From assembly GCA_003554945.1 (NCBI GenBank), contig PWHN01000057.1, forward strand, positions 380 to 64,379: 64,000 nucleotides of DNA. Direction: 5' to 3'. Source of the DNA: a bacterium. Its GTDB lineage: Bacteria > T1Sed10-126. Shown here in pieces: positions 38,068 through 48,125 of this stretch. The notes below the pieces were generated by a model. It was not told the origin of the DNA. It ran no database searches and saw nothing but the letters and a program-made list of their open reading frames with translations. Every line of letters begins with the position of its first letter. Positions within the stretch are counted from its first letter, which is position 1. The translations under genes were made by a program, and so were the position numbers.

Positions 38068-38979
38068 ATGTTTAATGCCCTTACTTCCGTGACGTATGAG
38101 ACAGTTCTCATCCTGCTGCACGATATTATCAATTATCCGCTATTCAAGCTCCAGGACACTCCGATCACCCTGCTTGCCATTCTTTTGTTTGTGGCTGTTA
38201 TCGCCGGCTCATACCTGATTTCAATCTATATTCGCAAACTATACGATCGACGTCTTACAACTCGCTTTTCCTCCGGAATTGACTTCACAGTAAAGCGGCT
38301 AATACATTACACAGTTTTAATTATTGGATTTTTGGTAGCTTTTGAAATCGCCGGCATCGACCTCTCCAGTCTTGCGATCATCGCCGGTTTCCTCAGTGTA
38401 GGTATTGGTTTCGGGCTTCAGAATATAACTTCTAACTTCATCAGCGGACTGATCCTTCTCTTTGAAAGACCAATCGAAGTCGGAGATACCGTAACTGTCG
38501 GTGACCAGCTCGGAACCGTTACCGGTATTAATCTTCGAGCAACGGAAGTCAACACCTGGGAGAATATCGACATTATCATCCCAAACTCCGCTTTTGTCGA
38601 GGATAACGTTATCAACTGGTCACATGGCGAGGAATACATTCGGGTGAGCTGTCCGGTGGGGGTTGCTTACGGGGCCGACACTGAGAAAGTTCGGGATATT
38701 TTGTATGAAATCGCCCGTGAACATCCAAAAGTATTAGATACTCCCGAGCCAAATGTACTTTTTCTTGAATTTGGCGACTCTTCCCTGGACTTCGAACTGC
38801 GTATATGGATTCGAACTCCCCGTCGCCGCAACTGGATAAAAAGTGAAATAAACTACGAAATCGACCAGCGGTTCCGTGAAGAAAATATCGAAATCCCCTT
38901 CCCGCAGAGAGACCTGCACCTGCGCAGCGCAACTGAACTCAGACTTAAGCAAGCCGATACCAATAGACAAGGAGATTAA
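38068..38979 (+). CDS. Small-conductance mechanosensitive channel (MscS family)
   Basis: GIGFGLQNITSNFISG, IIPNS, NWS, IPFPQRDLH. Confidence 0.93.
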   Translation: MFNALTSVTYETVLILLHDIINYPLFKLQDTPITLLAILLFVAVIAGSYLISIYIRKLYDRRLTTRFSSGIDFTVKRLIHYTVLIIGFLVAFEIAGIDLSSLAIIAGFLSVGIGFGLQNITSNFISGLILLFERPIEVGDTVTVGDQLGTVTGINLRATEVNTWENIDIIIPNSAFVEDNVINWSHGEEYIRVSCPVGVAYGADTEKVRDILYEIAREHPKVLDTPEPNVLFLEFGDSSLDFELRIWIRTPRRRNWIKSEINYEIDQRFREENIEIPFPQRDLHLRSATELRLKQADTNRQGD

Positions 38980-38995
38980 ACTAAACTCTCCCCCC

Positions 38996-40081
38996 TCATT
39001 TTTCGATTGTAATAAAATTCTCGGCGACTGCAGTAACGCCTCCGCTGATTGAGGCGTGCTGATAGTTGCTTATCCCTTCGGGAGCCGGTTCGGCGACAAC
39101 GTCTCCCCTTTTTACCCGGTTGCCCGGTTCAACCACTGGCTGGCTCGGACTCACACCCCCCGCCAGCAGCGGATTGCTAATCAACGGTACTCGCACCTCA
39201 TCTGGTTCCAACCACTTGGGTTCCGGGAAGTCTTCCGTTGGGGACCAGTCCCCAGCCGCCAGAGCATTAATTCTTTCCGGCTCTCTCTTCTCTCGATACT
39301 CTTCAACAAAATCTCTACCGGCAATCATCAATCCGTTGGTTCGTTTGCTGACAACAGAGTCACTGAACGATCTCTCCACCTCACAGCACCAGCCCGGTCC
39401 ACCATCCAATAATACCGGCTCTTCCAGATTGTTTAGATCCATATCTTCCGCGGCGTCCAGCAGATCAAACACGGGCGTACCTATCGGAACAACAAAATAC
39501 CTGCCCGGCAACTCTGGGCCGTATAACAAAACATGTTTACGGGTCACCGGTCTACCTTCTAACAAGGCTAACAGGATGTTATAGGTTGTTTCAGCGTTCT
39601 GCACGATCCAACCGTGATTGGTCGGCAAATCTCCCCCTACACGTTCACCGGCCACTGTCCAGAGCAGTGATGACTCCTGGCTGATCTCGTAACGGTCTCT
39701 GGTGTAGGCGAGAATTAGACCCTGCCGGTCCTCAACGTCCAGCGGCAGGTCAGCCGGAAAATATACATTTTCGGCCAGCAATTTTTCCAGCTCTTCAAAC
39801 CATTTTTTACGATATTTTTCTTTAGTAGCCACCACAACTGAGTCAAAGACTTCAGTGGCCAGTTTACTGAGCCCTTTCTGGTAAAATTCAGCCTGAGACG
39901 AAATTAGCCAGCAATCGCCATAAAATGGCGGTTCCCCCTCCTGGAGATTTACCATTAAGTTCTCAATTTCGTCGAGATTCTGCCACTTGACGTAGGTTGG
40001 AAATCCGGCCCCACCGGCACCGGCGACACCACACTTCCAGATCCGCTCCGCCAGGTCAGCTCTGGCCGGCAGTTCCGTCAT
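38996..40081 (-). CDS. RnfC/PduS-like flavin-binding protein lacking ferredoxin Cys motifs
   Basis: GVAGAGGAGFPTYVK, NAET, SLBB-like PIGT, C-terminal VEPGNRVKRGDVVA...HASISG sandwich domain. Confidence 0.7.
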   Translation of the reverse strand: MTELPARADLAERIWKCGVAGAGGAGFPTYVKWQNLDEIENLMVNLQEGEPPFYGDCWLISSQAEFYQKGLSKLATEVFDSVVVATKEKYRKKWFEELEKLLAENVYFPADLPLDVEDRQGLILAYTRDRYEISQESSLLWTVAGERVGGDLPTNHGWIVQNAETTYNILLALLEGRPVTRKHVLLYGPELPGRYFVVPIGTPVFDLLDAAEDMDLNNLEEPVLLDGGPGWCCEVERSFSDSVVSKRTNGLMIAGRDFVEEYREKREPERINALAAGDWSPTEDFPEPKWLEPDEVRVPLISNPLLAGGVSPSQPVVEPGNRVKRGDVVAEPAPEGISNYQHASISGGVTAVAENFITIEK

Positions 40082-40130
40082 TAGTATCTCCTTTCAATTA
40101 ACTAAAACTTTATTTCATTTGAACTTTAGT

Positions 40131-41249
40131 TTAAAACCAGAGAGGAACCAACTGAATAAGCACCCCGGCGGCCAGGGCTGAACCGATTACTCCGGCGACA
40201 TTGGCGCCCATAGCCACCATGATAAGCTGATTGGAGGGGTCTTCTTCCTGACCTACCTTGTGTGCAACACGGGCTGCCATGGGCACGGCACTAACCCCGG
40301 CGGCTCCAATAATAGGATTAACTTTCCCGCCGGTTACCCAGCACATAATCTTACCGAACACAAGTCCGCAGATAGTCGCAAAAATAAAGGCACAGACGCC
40401 GAGTAGTAAAATCCCCAGAGTTTCCCAGCGCCAGAAACGCTCCGCCGGCATTGAAGCCCCAACCGCCAGACCGAGCAGTAATGTTACAATGTCCATCAGA
40501 TAATCCTGGGCCGCCCGGTTAAGCCGCTCAACCACCCCACAGACACGAATAAAATTACCGAGCATTAGCATACCTACGAGCGGCGCTGCGGTCGGAATTA
40601 AAAGGATAGTGATAACCATGCAGACGGCTGGAAAAATAATTTTTACAGTGTTGTTAACCTTGACGCTGGTTCCCATCTTGATAGCTCTCTCTTTTTTAGT
40701 AGTTAACGCTTTTATAACCGGGGGCTGGATTAACGGAACAAGAGCCATGTAAGAATAAGCTGCAACGGCAATCGGTCCTACAAGATCACCGGCCAGCCTG
40801 TTAGCGGCAAAAATTGCCGTCGGTCCGTCAGCACCACCAATAATGCCAATCGCTGCCGCCTGGGCCGGTGTAAAACCCAGTAATATGGCGCCGAGCAGAG
40901 TCAAAAAGATGCCGGCCTGAGCGGCCATACCGAGCAGCATAGTATAAGGGGCCGAAAGCAGCGGAGTAAAGTCAGTCAACGCCCCCACACCAAGAAAAAT
41001 CAACGGCGGTAAAATTTCATAACTTATCCCCAGCTTAAAGAAAGAAAGCAACCCGTCCTCGGCAAGTAAATCGGTCGCCGGCATATTTGCCAGCACAATA
41101 CCAAATCCTATCGGCACGAGCAGCAGTGGCTCAAACTGCTTTTTTACCCCGAGATAGACGAGGATTAAACCGACTATGATCATTCCCGCCTGTCCAAGGG
41201 AAAAATACTCTATTCCGGTCAGACCAATAATTTGTTGAATAGCTTCCAA
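40131..41249 (-). CDS. Sodium ion-translocating decarboxylase beta subunit (OadB/MmdB)
   Basis: FEPLLLVPIGFG, IGIIGGADGPT, AAYSYMALVP, GVSAVPMAAR, MGANVAGVIGSA. Confidence 0.95.
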   Translation of the reverse strand: MEAIQQIIGLTGIEYFSLGQAGMIIVGLILVYLGVKKQFEPLLLVPIGFGIVLANMPATDLLAEDGLLSFFKLGISYEILPPLIFLGVGALTDFTPLLSAPYTMLLGMAAQAGIFLTLLGAILLGFTPAQAAAIGIIGGADGPTAIFAANRLAGDLVGPIAVAAYSYMALVPLIQPPVIKALTTKKERAIKMGTSVKVNNTVKIIFPAVCMVITILLIPTAAPLVGMLMLGNFIRVCGVVERLNRAAQDYLMDIVTLLLGLAVGASMPAERFWRWETLGILLLGVCAFIFATICGLVFGKIMCWVTGGKVNPIIGAAGVSAVPMAARVAHKVGQEEDPSNQLIMVAMGANVAGVIGSALAAGVLIQLVPLWF

Positions 41250-41256
41250 CTTATTT

Positions 41257-41670
41257 CTACTCCCCCTTGAAAGTAACTAATTTGTCTTCTTCTTCGACGC
41301 TCTCGCCTTCGTTTACGTAAACCTGATCTACAGTCCCAGCTTGAGGGGCAGGAATGACCGTTTCCAGTTTCATCGCCTCCAGCTTTACCAGATCGTCACC
41401 GGATTTTACACTATCTCCCACATTGACCATGACCTCCAATACCTTGCCCGAAAGCGGTGACAAAACTTCTCCTCCCTCAGCGACATTTGGCTCGCTCGCA
41501 TCCTGGGCAACCGTCCCGCCCCCGGTTTGCTCACCTGAGCCCGATCCGGCTCCCTTGAGAAGCTTAAATCTCCAGCTTTTTTCGCCGATTCGTGCTTCGT
41601 AACCGTCACCGGCCCAATCAACTTCTATCTCAATTTTTTCGCCGTCTCGCTCAAATTCATATTTTGCCAT
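41257..41670 (-). CDS. Biotin carrier subunit of the decarboxylase (MmdC-like)
   Basis: EAMKLE biotinylation motif. Confidence 0.9.
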   Translation of the reverse strand: MAKYEFERDGEKIEIEVDWAGDGYEARIGEKSWRFKLLKGAGSGSGEQTGGGTVAQDASEPNVAEGGEVLSPLSGKVLEVMVNVGDSVKSGDDLVKLEAMKLETVIPAPQAGTVDQVYVNEGESVEEEDKLVTFKGE

Positions 41671-41769
41671 TCTATCAGTCCTGTTTCATCACCTACCGAA
41701 GCATATCCCCTCTCCCGGAAGAGCGGGGGAAGTAATTTTCGGAAAACTTCGCTAGATTGTGATCTTGTT

Positions 41770-42054
41770 TTACTTTAAATTTTTAGATCCTTTATTTAAT
41801 CGCTCGCCCAGTTTAAGCTGACGGCGATGGTGTTCAACCGCCGCTGCAGCAAGCAGAGAGTCATCAGCTTCCTCGGCTTCTTTTTCTTCTTCCGATTCTT
41901 TAGCTGGTTCTTTTTCAACTGTACCGGTAACCGCCGGAAAAAGCACACGCAAAATTAATACAGTAAATACTAACAACAAGAGGGAGGCGGCCACAACGCT
42001 AATTCCCACAACTGATACCAGCAGAGCCGTATTGAAAATTGTCCAATCAACCAC
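41770..42054 (-). CDS. OadG/MmdD-like single-TM subunit
   Basis: N-terminal TM helix, charged linker, AAAAVEHH; position in operon. Confidence 0.75.
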   Translation of the reverse strand: MVDWTIFNTALLVSVVGISVVAASLLLLVFTVLILRVLFPAVTGTVEKEPAKESEEEKEAEEADDSLLAAAAVEHHRRQLKLGERLNKGSKNLK

Positions 42055-42068
42055 AAAAGGTCACCATG

Positions 42069-43640
42069 TTAGAGCGGAATGTTACCGTGCATTTTGTCTG
42101 GCCGCTGCTGGTTCTTGTCAATAACCATTTCCAGGGATTCAACAAGCGACCGGCGGGTCTCGGCCGGGTTGATTATCTGGTCAACAAGACCGTCATCGGC
42201 AGCACGGTAAGGATTAGAAAATTTTTCACGAAACTCGTCTATTTTCTCCTGTCGTTTCAGCTCAGGGTCATCGGCCTCTTCAATTTCTCTGCTGTGAATT
42301 ATGTTAACCGCTCCCTGTGCCCCCATAACAGCAATTTCGGCGGTTGGATAGGCAATTACAGAGTCGTAGCCAAGATCACGACTGCACATGGCTACAAAAG
42401 CTCCTCCGTAGGACTTGCGCACTATCAAACTGAGTTTGGGCACAGTTGCCTCCGCATAAGCGAAAAGCATCTTGGCGCCGTGTCGAATAACGCCACCGTG
42501 CTCCTGGCCGACCCCTGGTAGAAATCCGGGCACGTCTACAAAGTTGATCAACGGTATGTTAAACGAGTCACATAACCTGATAAATCGGGCAATCTTGTCG
42601 GCACTGTCGATATCCAGACAACCGGCCAGCTTCTTGGGCTGATTACCAATAATTCCCACCGGATGACCGGCCAAACGTCCAAACCCAATAACACAGTTAT
42701 CCGCAAAACCCGGTTTTAACTCCATAAACTGCTGGTCGTCCAGAACCGGCCGTATAACCTCTCGCATGTCGAAAGCCTGCTTGGGATCGGTAGGGACAAC
42801 TTCCAGTATCTCGTCGGTAGAACGATCAACCGGGTCCTCGAATTGGGCTGTCGGGGGGGACTGTCTGAAATTGTCCGGTAAAAACTTGAGCAATTTCTTT
42901 ACCGCGTCCAAGCACTTACGCTCATCCGTATAAAACTGATCAGCCGTTCCTGTCTTCCTAACGTGGGTATGAGCTCCTCCGAGTTCCTGAACCCCCACCT
43001 GCTCTCCCGTGACCTCTTTTATCACCTTGGGTCCGGTTAAAAACATGTTACTGGTCTCTTCAACCATAAAAATAAAATCTGTTATCGCCGGCGAATAAAC
43101 AGCTCCCCCGGCACAAGGTCCCATTATACAGGTTATTTGAGGAATTACGCCGGAAGCAAACGTATTATTTTTAAATATCTTACCGTATCCGTTCAGGGAA
43201 TGTATCCCTTCCTGAATTCGAGCGCCACCGGAGTCATTTATCTGAATGAAAGGCACACCGTTTTCACGTGCTTTTTCCTGGACCGCGGTGATTTTTTCAG
43301 CATGCATCTCACCAAGCGAACCACCCATAACCGTAAAATCTTGCGCCATTAGAAAAACAGGCCGCGAATCTATCTGTGCCGCTCCTGTAACCACGCCGTC
43401 GCCGGCGGGACGTTTCTCCGACATCCCAAAGTCAGTGCAGCGGTGTTTGGTAAAGGGATTTATTTCCCGGAAAGACCCCTCGTCCACGAGAAAATCTATC
43501 CGCTCACGGGCTGTCATCTTTCCCTTTTCATGCTGCTTTTCTATTCGCTCCTCACCACCACCAAGTTCTGTCTCTTCCCTTCTTTCCTCTAACTCGTCTA
43601 TAAGTTCCTGCATAGCATCTCTATTCTGCTCGTTATCCAT
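42069..43640 (-). CDS. Acyl-CoA carboxyltransferase (methylmalonyl-CoA decarboxylase alpha / PccB type)
   Basis: GKMTARERI, DFTVMGGSLGE, DSGGARIQEG, GPCAGGAVYSPA, DVPGFLPG, HGNIPL. Confidence 0.93.
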   Translation of the reverse strand: MDNEQNRDAMQELIDELEERREETELGGGEERIEKQHEKGKMTARERIDFLVDEGSFREINPFTKHRCTDFGMSEKRPAGDGVVTGAAQIDSRPVFLMAQDFTVMGGSLGEMHAEKITAVQEKARENGVPFIQINDSGGARIQEGIHSLNGYGKIFKNNTFASGVIPQITCIMGPCAGGAVYSPAITDFIFMVEETSNMFLTGPKVIKEVTGEQVGVQELGGAHTHVRKTGTADQFYTDERKCLDAVKKLLKFLPDNFRQSPPTAQFEDPVDRSTDEILEVVPTDPKQAFDMREVIRPVLDDQQFMELKPGFADNCVIGFGRLAGHPVGIIGNQPKKLAGCLDIDSADKIARFIRLCDSFNIPLINFVDVPGFLPGVGQEHGGVIRHGAKMLFAYAEATVPKLSLIVRKSYGGAFVAMCSRDLGYDSVIAYPTAEIAVMGAQGAVNIIHSREIEEADDPELKRQEKIDEFREKFSNPYRAADDGLVDQIINPAETRRSLVESLEMVIDKNQQRPDKMHGNIPL

Positions 43641-43772
43641 TGTGAACTCTTCTCCTCATTTTATAAAAATCATCCGCTCGTCCAAAATTAACTGTATGGT
43701 TAAATGTGCCTTTCCCCATCAATCTGTTTTTAAATGAAGAAAACGCTTGTTATCGGATAAATTTTTTCGAGT

Positions 43773-44210
43773 TTAAGCGGGGTCTACGTAAAACAGCGTA
43801 TCGTCTTTACTTACCGGCTCGGCGTCGGTTTTGCAGACTTCTTTGATCGTCCCCTTGCACTCGGCTTCAATCTCATTCATTAACTTCATCGCTTCAATGA
43901 TACAGACGGTTGTCGAGTAACTGACTTTGTCACCGGGCTGCACAAAAGGTTCGGCGTCCGGTGCCGGTGCTTCGTAGAATGTACCCACCATAGGCGCCTC
44001 AATAGCAACCCAATTCTCCGCCGGGGCTCCCTGCGCCCGGGGTTTTGCTCCCCGAACAGCCTGAGGCGCACTTTCGGCGGCGGGCGCAACAGCTCCCGGT
44101 GGGGTCGAACTAAGTTTTACCTCAAACTCTTCATCCGTCCAACCGAGTTCTGTGAGCGCGGCCTCTTCTTTCAACTGCGCTATCTCCTGTAACGTTTGCC
44201 AGGGAATCAC
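43773..44210 (-). CDS. accB: Acetyl-CoA carboxylase biotin carboxyl carrier protein
   Basis: APMVGTFY, IEAMKLMNEI. Confidence 0.9.
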   Translation of the reverse strand: MIPWQTLQEIAQLKEEAALTELGWTDEEFEVKLSSTPPGAVAPAAESAPQAVRGAKPRAQGAPAENWVAIEAPMVGTFYEAPAPDAEPFVQPGDKVSYSTTVCIIEAMKLMNEIEAECKGTIKEVCKTDAEPVSKDDTLFYVDPA

Positions 44211-45358
44211 TGCGAGATCATCTCCCTTAAAGGTAGATTTTTTGCATAATCTGGTCTTTCAATTAATTTGTTTTCAAGTAAATAACGGTATATTGATTCC
44301 TTTAGTTTCGTCAACCCTTCTCCGGTCCGGGCGGAAACAAAATAAGCATCAGGGAATTGTTTCTGGTAACGTTCAACCAGTCCCTCACTGGCCAGATCAA
44401 TTTTGTTAAAAACTTTAAAAATAGGTCGTTCGGCAACACCCAATTCTTCCAACAATTCCGTCACTGTGTTCATTTTTTCCTGCAACCGTGCCCCGGTAAT
44501 ATCAATCACGTGGAGCAGACAATGAGCTCTGTCCAACTCCTCCAGAGTGGCAATAAAAGCATCCTTTAGCTTGGGAGGCATACGCTGAATAAATCCAACG
44601 GTATCAGTGAGAAGAAAATAGCGGTCCCCTTCAAGATGAACTCTCCGGGTCTTTGTATCCAGGGTTGCAAAAAGCATATCCTCTTCCCGCTCTTCTGAAT
44701 CAGAAAATTTATTTAAAAGTGTTGTCTTGCCGCTGTTAGTATAACCAACCAGACTAATTTCAGGGATTCCCCTGCGATTTTTTCGCTGCGTTCTCCGTTT
44801 GTCTCTAATGCTCTGCAACCGCGTCTCAAGCTGGTGAATACGTTCGCGCAAATCACGCTCCTTGATTGTCATTTTTGTTTCCCCGGGACCACGTGTCCCT
44901 ATCCCGGCACCGGGATTCGTCAGAGCCCACCCCCAACCCCGCTTGCGGGGCAGGTTGTGCTGAAGTTGGGCCAGCTCTACCTGCATTTTTGCGTCCTTGG
45001 TATGAGCACGCTGAGCAAAAATATCAAGAATAAGATCCGTCCGGTCAATCACCTTGACTGGAAACTTCTCCCGCAATTTGTCGTGCTGAGCGGGCTTCAG
45101 GTTCTCATTAAATATAACCAGGTCAAAATCCTTCGATTTTTCAGCCAGTTCTTTTACTTTACCCGAACCTATCATCGTCGAAGGATCCGGTTTTGACCGT
45201 TGCTGTATTTCTATCTCTTCCAGCCTCGCGCCGGCGGTAGCAGCTAAAAGACCAAGCTCACGTAACTCCTCTTTCAGAGCACGTCCACTCGAACGCCAGC
45301 CATCAATTGCCACTCCCAGCGCCACTTCTACATCATTGGAGCTCGTATTTTTGCTCAA
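44207..45358 (-). CDS. hflX: GTPase HflX
   Basis: GTRGPGE, GYTNSGKT, FATLD, DTVGFI, NKID. Confidence 0.96.
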   Translation of the reverse strand: MSKNTSSNDVEVALGVAIDGWRSSGRALKEELRELGLLAATAGARLEEIEIQQRSKPDPSTMIGSGKVKELAEKSKDFDLVIFNENLKPAQHDKLREKFPVKVIDRTDLILDIFAQRAHTKDAKMQVELAQLQHNLPRKRGWGWALTNPGAGIGTRGPGETKMTIKERDLRERIHQLETRLQSIRDKRRTQRKNRRGIPEISLVGYTNSGKTTLLNKFSDSEEREEDMLFATLDTKTRRVHLEGDRYFLLTDTVGFIQRMPPKLKDAFIATLEELDRAHCLLHVIDITGARLQEKMNTVTELLEELGVAERPIFKVFNKIDLASEGLVERYQKQFPDAYFVSARTGEGLTKLKESIYRYLLENKLIERPDYAKNLPLREMISQ

Positions 45359-46289
45359 TTACCCGAATCAACTCCTCGCTATCCGTTTCCGGATGACCGC
45401 TGATATCCGTAGGCATCTGGTCAAACCAGCGGATCTGTTTACGTGCAAATTTTTTAGTTCGCCGTGTTATATTATCAATTGCTTCTTCTCTTGTCAGCTC
45501 CCCCTGCAAGCACCTCAGCCCTTCAGTAAAACCAATAGCCTGCTTAATATTTCGGTTCAGATCTTTACGCTGCTGCAGTTGTTCAACTTCCTCAACCAAC
45601 CCTTCCTCAAACATCTGCTCCGCCCGCCTTCTAATTCGCCTGTATAGTTCCTCCCGTGGTCTTTTCAAATAGACCAGAAGCGGGTTCAGACCGTTGCGAA
45701 ATTGTTTCTCGCCACTTATTAACTCTGTCTTAGTCCGTCCGGTCTCGTGATAAATTTCTAGCGCTCTAATAATGCGCCTCAGATCATTAGGATGAATATT
45801 TTCTGCCGCCTGGGGATCAATTTCCAGCAGTTCTTGATGCAGCACCCGGCTTCCCGCTTCTTGAGCTCGCTCACGCAACCGGGCGCGGTATTCAGGATTA
45901 GCAGCGGGCATTTCGTCGAGACCATAAAGGTATTTTTGAATATACATCGCAGTGCCACCGACCAGGACCGGTAGCCGGGCCGATTTAACCGCTGCTTCTA
46001 CCGCCTCCTCAGCCAGTTTTAGAAAAGCAGCAACGTCAAAATTTTCGGCCGGATCCAGCTCATTTACACCGCTATGCTTAATTTCGGCCAATACTCCCGC
46101 CGGCGGACTGGCGGTCGCCACGTCAAACCCACGATAAACCTGCATCGAATCGGCAGAAATAACGTGGATTGAATAACCATTGAGATTGTTATAAACAAAG
46201 CTCGATTTACCGACAGCCGTCGGCCCAACTATTATTAAAGGTTTTTTCTTGTCCAGTTTAACTGCCTTTAAACCTCCATCCACTGCCAC
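45333..46289 (-). CDS. miaA: tRNA dimethylallyltransferase
   Basis: GPTAVGKS, SADSMQVYRG, VGGTAMY, FARKQIRW. Confidence 0.95.
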   Translation of the reverse strand: MAVDGGLKAVKLDKKKPLIIVGPTAVGKSSFVYNNLNGYSIHVISADSMQVYRGFDVATASPPAGVLAEIKHSGVNELDPAENFDVAAFLKLAEEAVEAAVKSARLPVLVGGTAMYIQKYLYGLDEMPAANPEYRARLRERAQEAGSRVLHQELLEIDPQAAENIHPNDLRRIIRALEIYHETGRTKTELISGEKQFRNGLNPLLVYLKRPREELYRRIRRRAEQMFEEGLVEEVEQLQQRKDLNRNIKQAIGFTEGLRCLQGELTREEAIDNITRRTKKFARKQIRWFDQMPTDISGHPETDSEELIRVIEQKYELQ

Positions 46290-46560
46290 TATAACGGTAA
46301 GTAAGATTTTTTGTTTGCAGCAAAATTCAGATCGCCGGGAAACACTACCGGTTCCTAAATTTGCCCTTTATTTTAACAAAAATACCCCGGTTTAAGCCAA
46401 ACAATTTTTAATATCTGCTCACCTTATCTTTCCCCCGTCAAGTAAGAAAACGAAACGTCCCCCCCTTCAAGAGTGGAAAGCTTTTCGGCGAGACTCGATT
46501 TCGTCTTTGTCGGTAGGTTTTGAACTAGGGTTGGAGGGTATTTCCGAGAAAAACTGTTAA

Positions 46561-46764
46561 TCAAGCCAGCTCGTCCACAAACTGCCCTTCAAAATCGAGC
46601 TCGGGCCGTTCAAGAACTTCTACCATGATTTCTATCCTCTGCAAACGACGCCTTAAGTCAGAACTTGACGCCTGAGCGGTAGAGGCGGAAGACGAACCGG
46701 TCTGCCTGGTTACAGGCCCACTATTTAACGAAGCACCGGCACCACTGACTACGCCCGTACTCAT
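46561..46764 (-). CDS. Small hypothetical protein
   Basis: ATG 46764 after GGAGG; Ser-rich N-terminus, ends GQFVDELA. Confidence 0.5.
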   Translation of the reverse strand: MSTGVVSGAGASLNSGPVTRQTGSSSASTAQASSSDLRRRLQRIEIMVEVLERPELDFEGQFVDELA

Positions 46765-46933
46765 GAATCTTCTACCTCCCCTTTCAATCTCGCCCATTTT
46801 CCTACCATTTAAAATATAATACAATCTCACCTCAGAGTCAACTTTTGACCCGACAAAACCAAAAATATTTTATATAATTTTGCACGAAAAAAAGTAACAT
46901 CGCTGTTAATTTAAACAGGAGGCCTAATTTTTA

Positions 46934-47938
46934 ATGAAAATTTATGACACAGTAATAATTGGCTCCGGTGCCGCCGGACTGACTGCAGCCATATATACGG
47001 CAAGAGACGGCTTGAAGACCGCCGTTCTGGCCGGAAATACTCCGGGCGGCCAACTTACTCAAACCCCCGACGTCGAAAATTATCCCGGCTTTCCCGAGGG
47101 AATATCCGGCTCTGAATTAATGCAAAGAGCACGAACACAGGCCGAAAATTTTGGTGCCGAAATATTGCCTGTGCTGGCCAGATCGGCTGATTTTTCGGAT
47201 CTGCCCTACACCATAGAAACTACTGACAATACTGTTAGAGGCCAGAGCGTAATTATTGCCAGCGGTGCCAGCGCTCGCTGGCTTGGTTTAGAATCCGAAA
47301 CCAAATACCGCGGAAAAGGTGTCTCGGCCTGCGCCACCTGTGACGGTTTCTTTTTTCAGGGCGAGGAAGTTCTGGTAATTGGCGGCAGTGACGCCGCCGC
47401 AGAGGAGGCACTATTCCTCACAAAATTCGCCCGCCGGGTTCGCATTTTACACAGACGCGATGACCTGCGCGCCTCAAATGCTCTTAAACAACGACTGAAA
47501 GCAAACGATAAAATCGAAATACTCTGGAATACTGAGCTTATAGAGGTACTGGGAGACGGTGAGAAAGTTACCGGTGCCCGAGTTATTACACACCCTGACG
47601 GCCACCCGAAAAATAAGTTAAACCAGGAGGATCAGTTGATCGAGGAAAAAGAACTCGAATGTGCTGGTATATTTATTGCCATTGGCCACTCCCCCAACAC
47701 CGATTTTCTTGAATCAACCGCTGTAAAAACGGACAAACGTGGCTATATCATTGCAGAAAATGAAGTTTTTACCGGTGTCGAGGGGGTCTTTGCCGCCGGC
47801 GACGCAGCTGACTCTCGCTATCAACAGGCTGTTACAGCAGCCGGTACAGGATGCAAAGCAGCCCTGGAAGTGGAAAGATTCCTGGCCGGTTGCAGAACCT
47901 ACCAAAGCATCTCCCCTCCCCTGGAGGGAGGGGATTAA
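46934..47938 (+). CDS. trxB: Thioredoxin-disulfide reductase
   Basis: GSGAAGL, VENYPGF, GVSACATCDG, GVFAAGD, QAVTAAGTG. Confidence 0.96.
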   Translation: MKIYDTVIIGSGAAGLTAAIYTARDGLKTAVLAGNTPGGQLTQTPDVENYPGFPEGISGSELMQRARTQAENFGAEILPVLARSADFSDLPYTIETTDNTVRGQSVIIASGASARWLGLESETKYRGKGVSACATCDGFFFQGEEVLVIGGSDAAAEEALFLTKFARRVRILHRRDDLRASNALKQRLKANDKIEILWNTELIEVLGDGEKVTGARVITHPDGHPKNKLNQEDQLIEEKELECAGIFIAIGHSPNTDFLESTAVKTDKRGYIIAENEVFTGVEGVFAAGDAADSRYQQAVTAAGTGCKAALEVERFLAGCRTYQSISPPLEGGD

Positions 47939-47951
47939 GGGGAGGGGGGGG
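47910..47951. repeat. REP-like element overlapping the trxB 3' end
   Basis: CTCCCCTCCCCTGGAGGGAGGGGATTAAGGGGAGGGG, similar to 31465. Confidence 0.75.
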
Positions 47952-48125
47952 AAGGAATTTTGGAACCTTTCGGTAGATTCTGGCCGGTTAAAAAATCTCT
48001 TGTTTTCTTTGATAATTTAACTATAATGGAATTATAGTAATTCTCACTTGGGCCTTCACCTGTAAAGAATCAGGTGCTAATAGCTGCTTTTACAGGTTAT
48101 GCTCAGGTCATGCTGGAGTGATAAA

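Noticed and set aside
38996-40081. Rnf or Nuo complex
   Set aside because: No other subunits nearby and no Fe-S motifs
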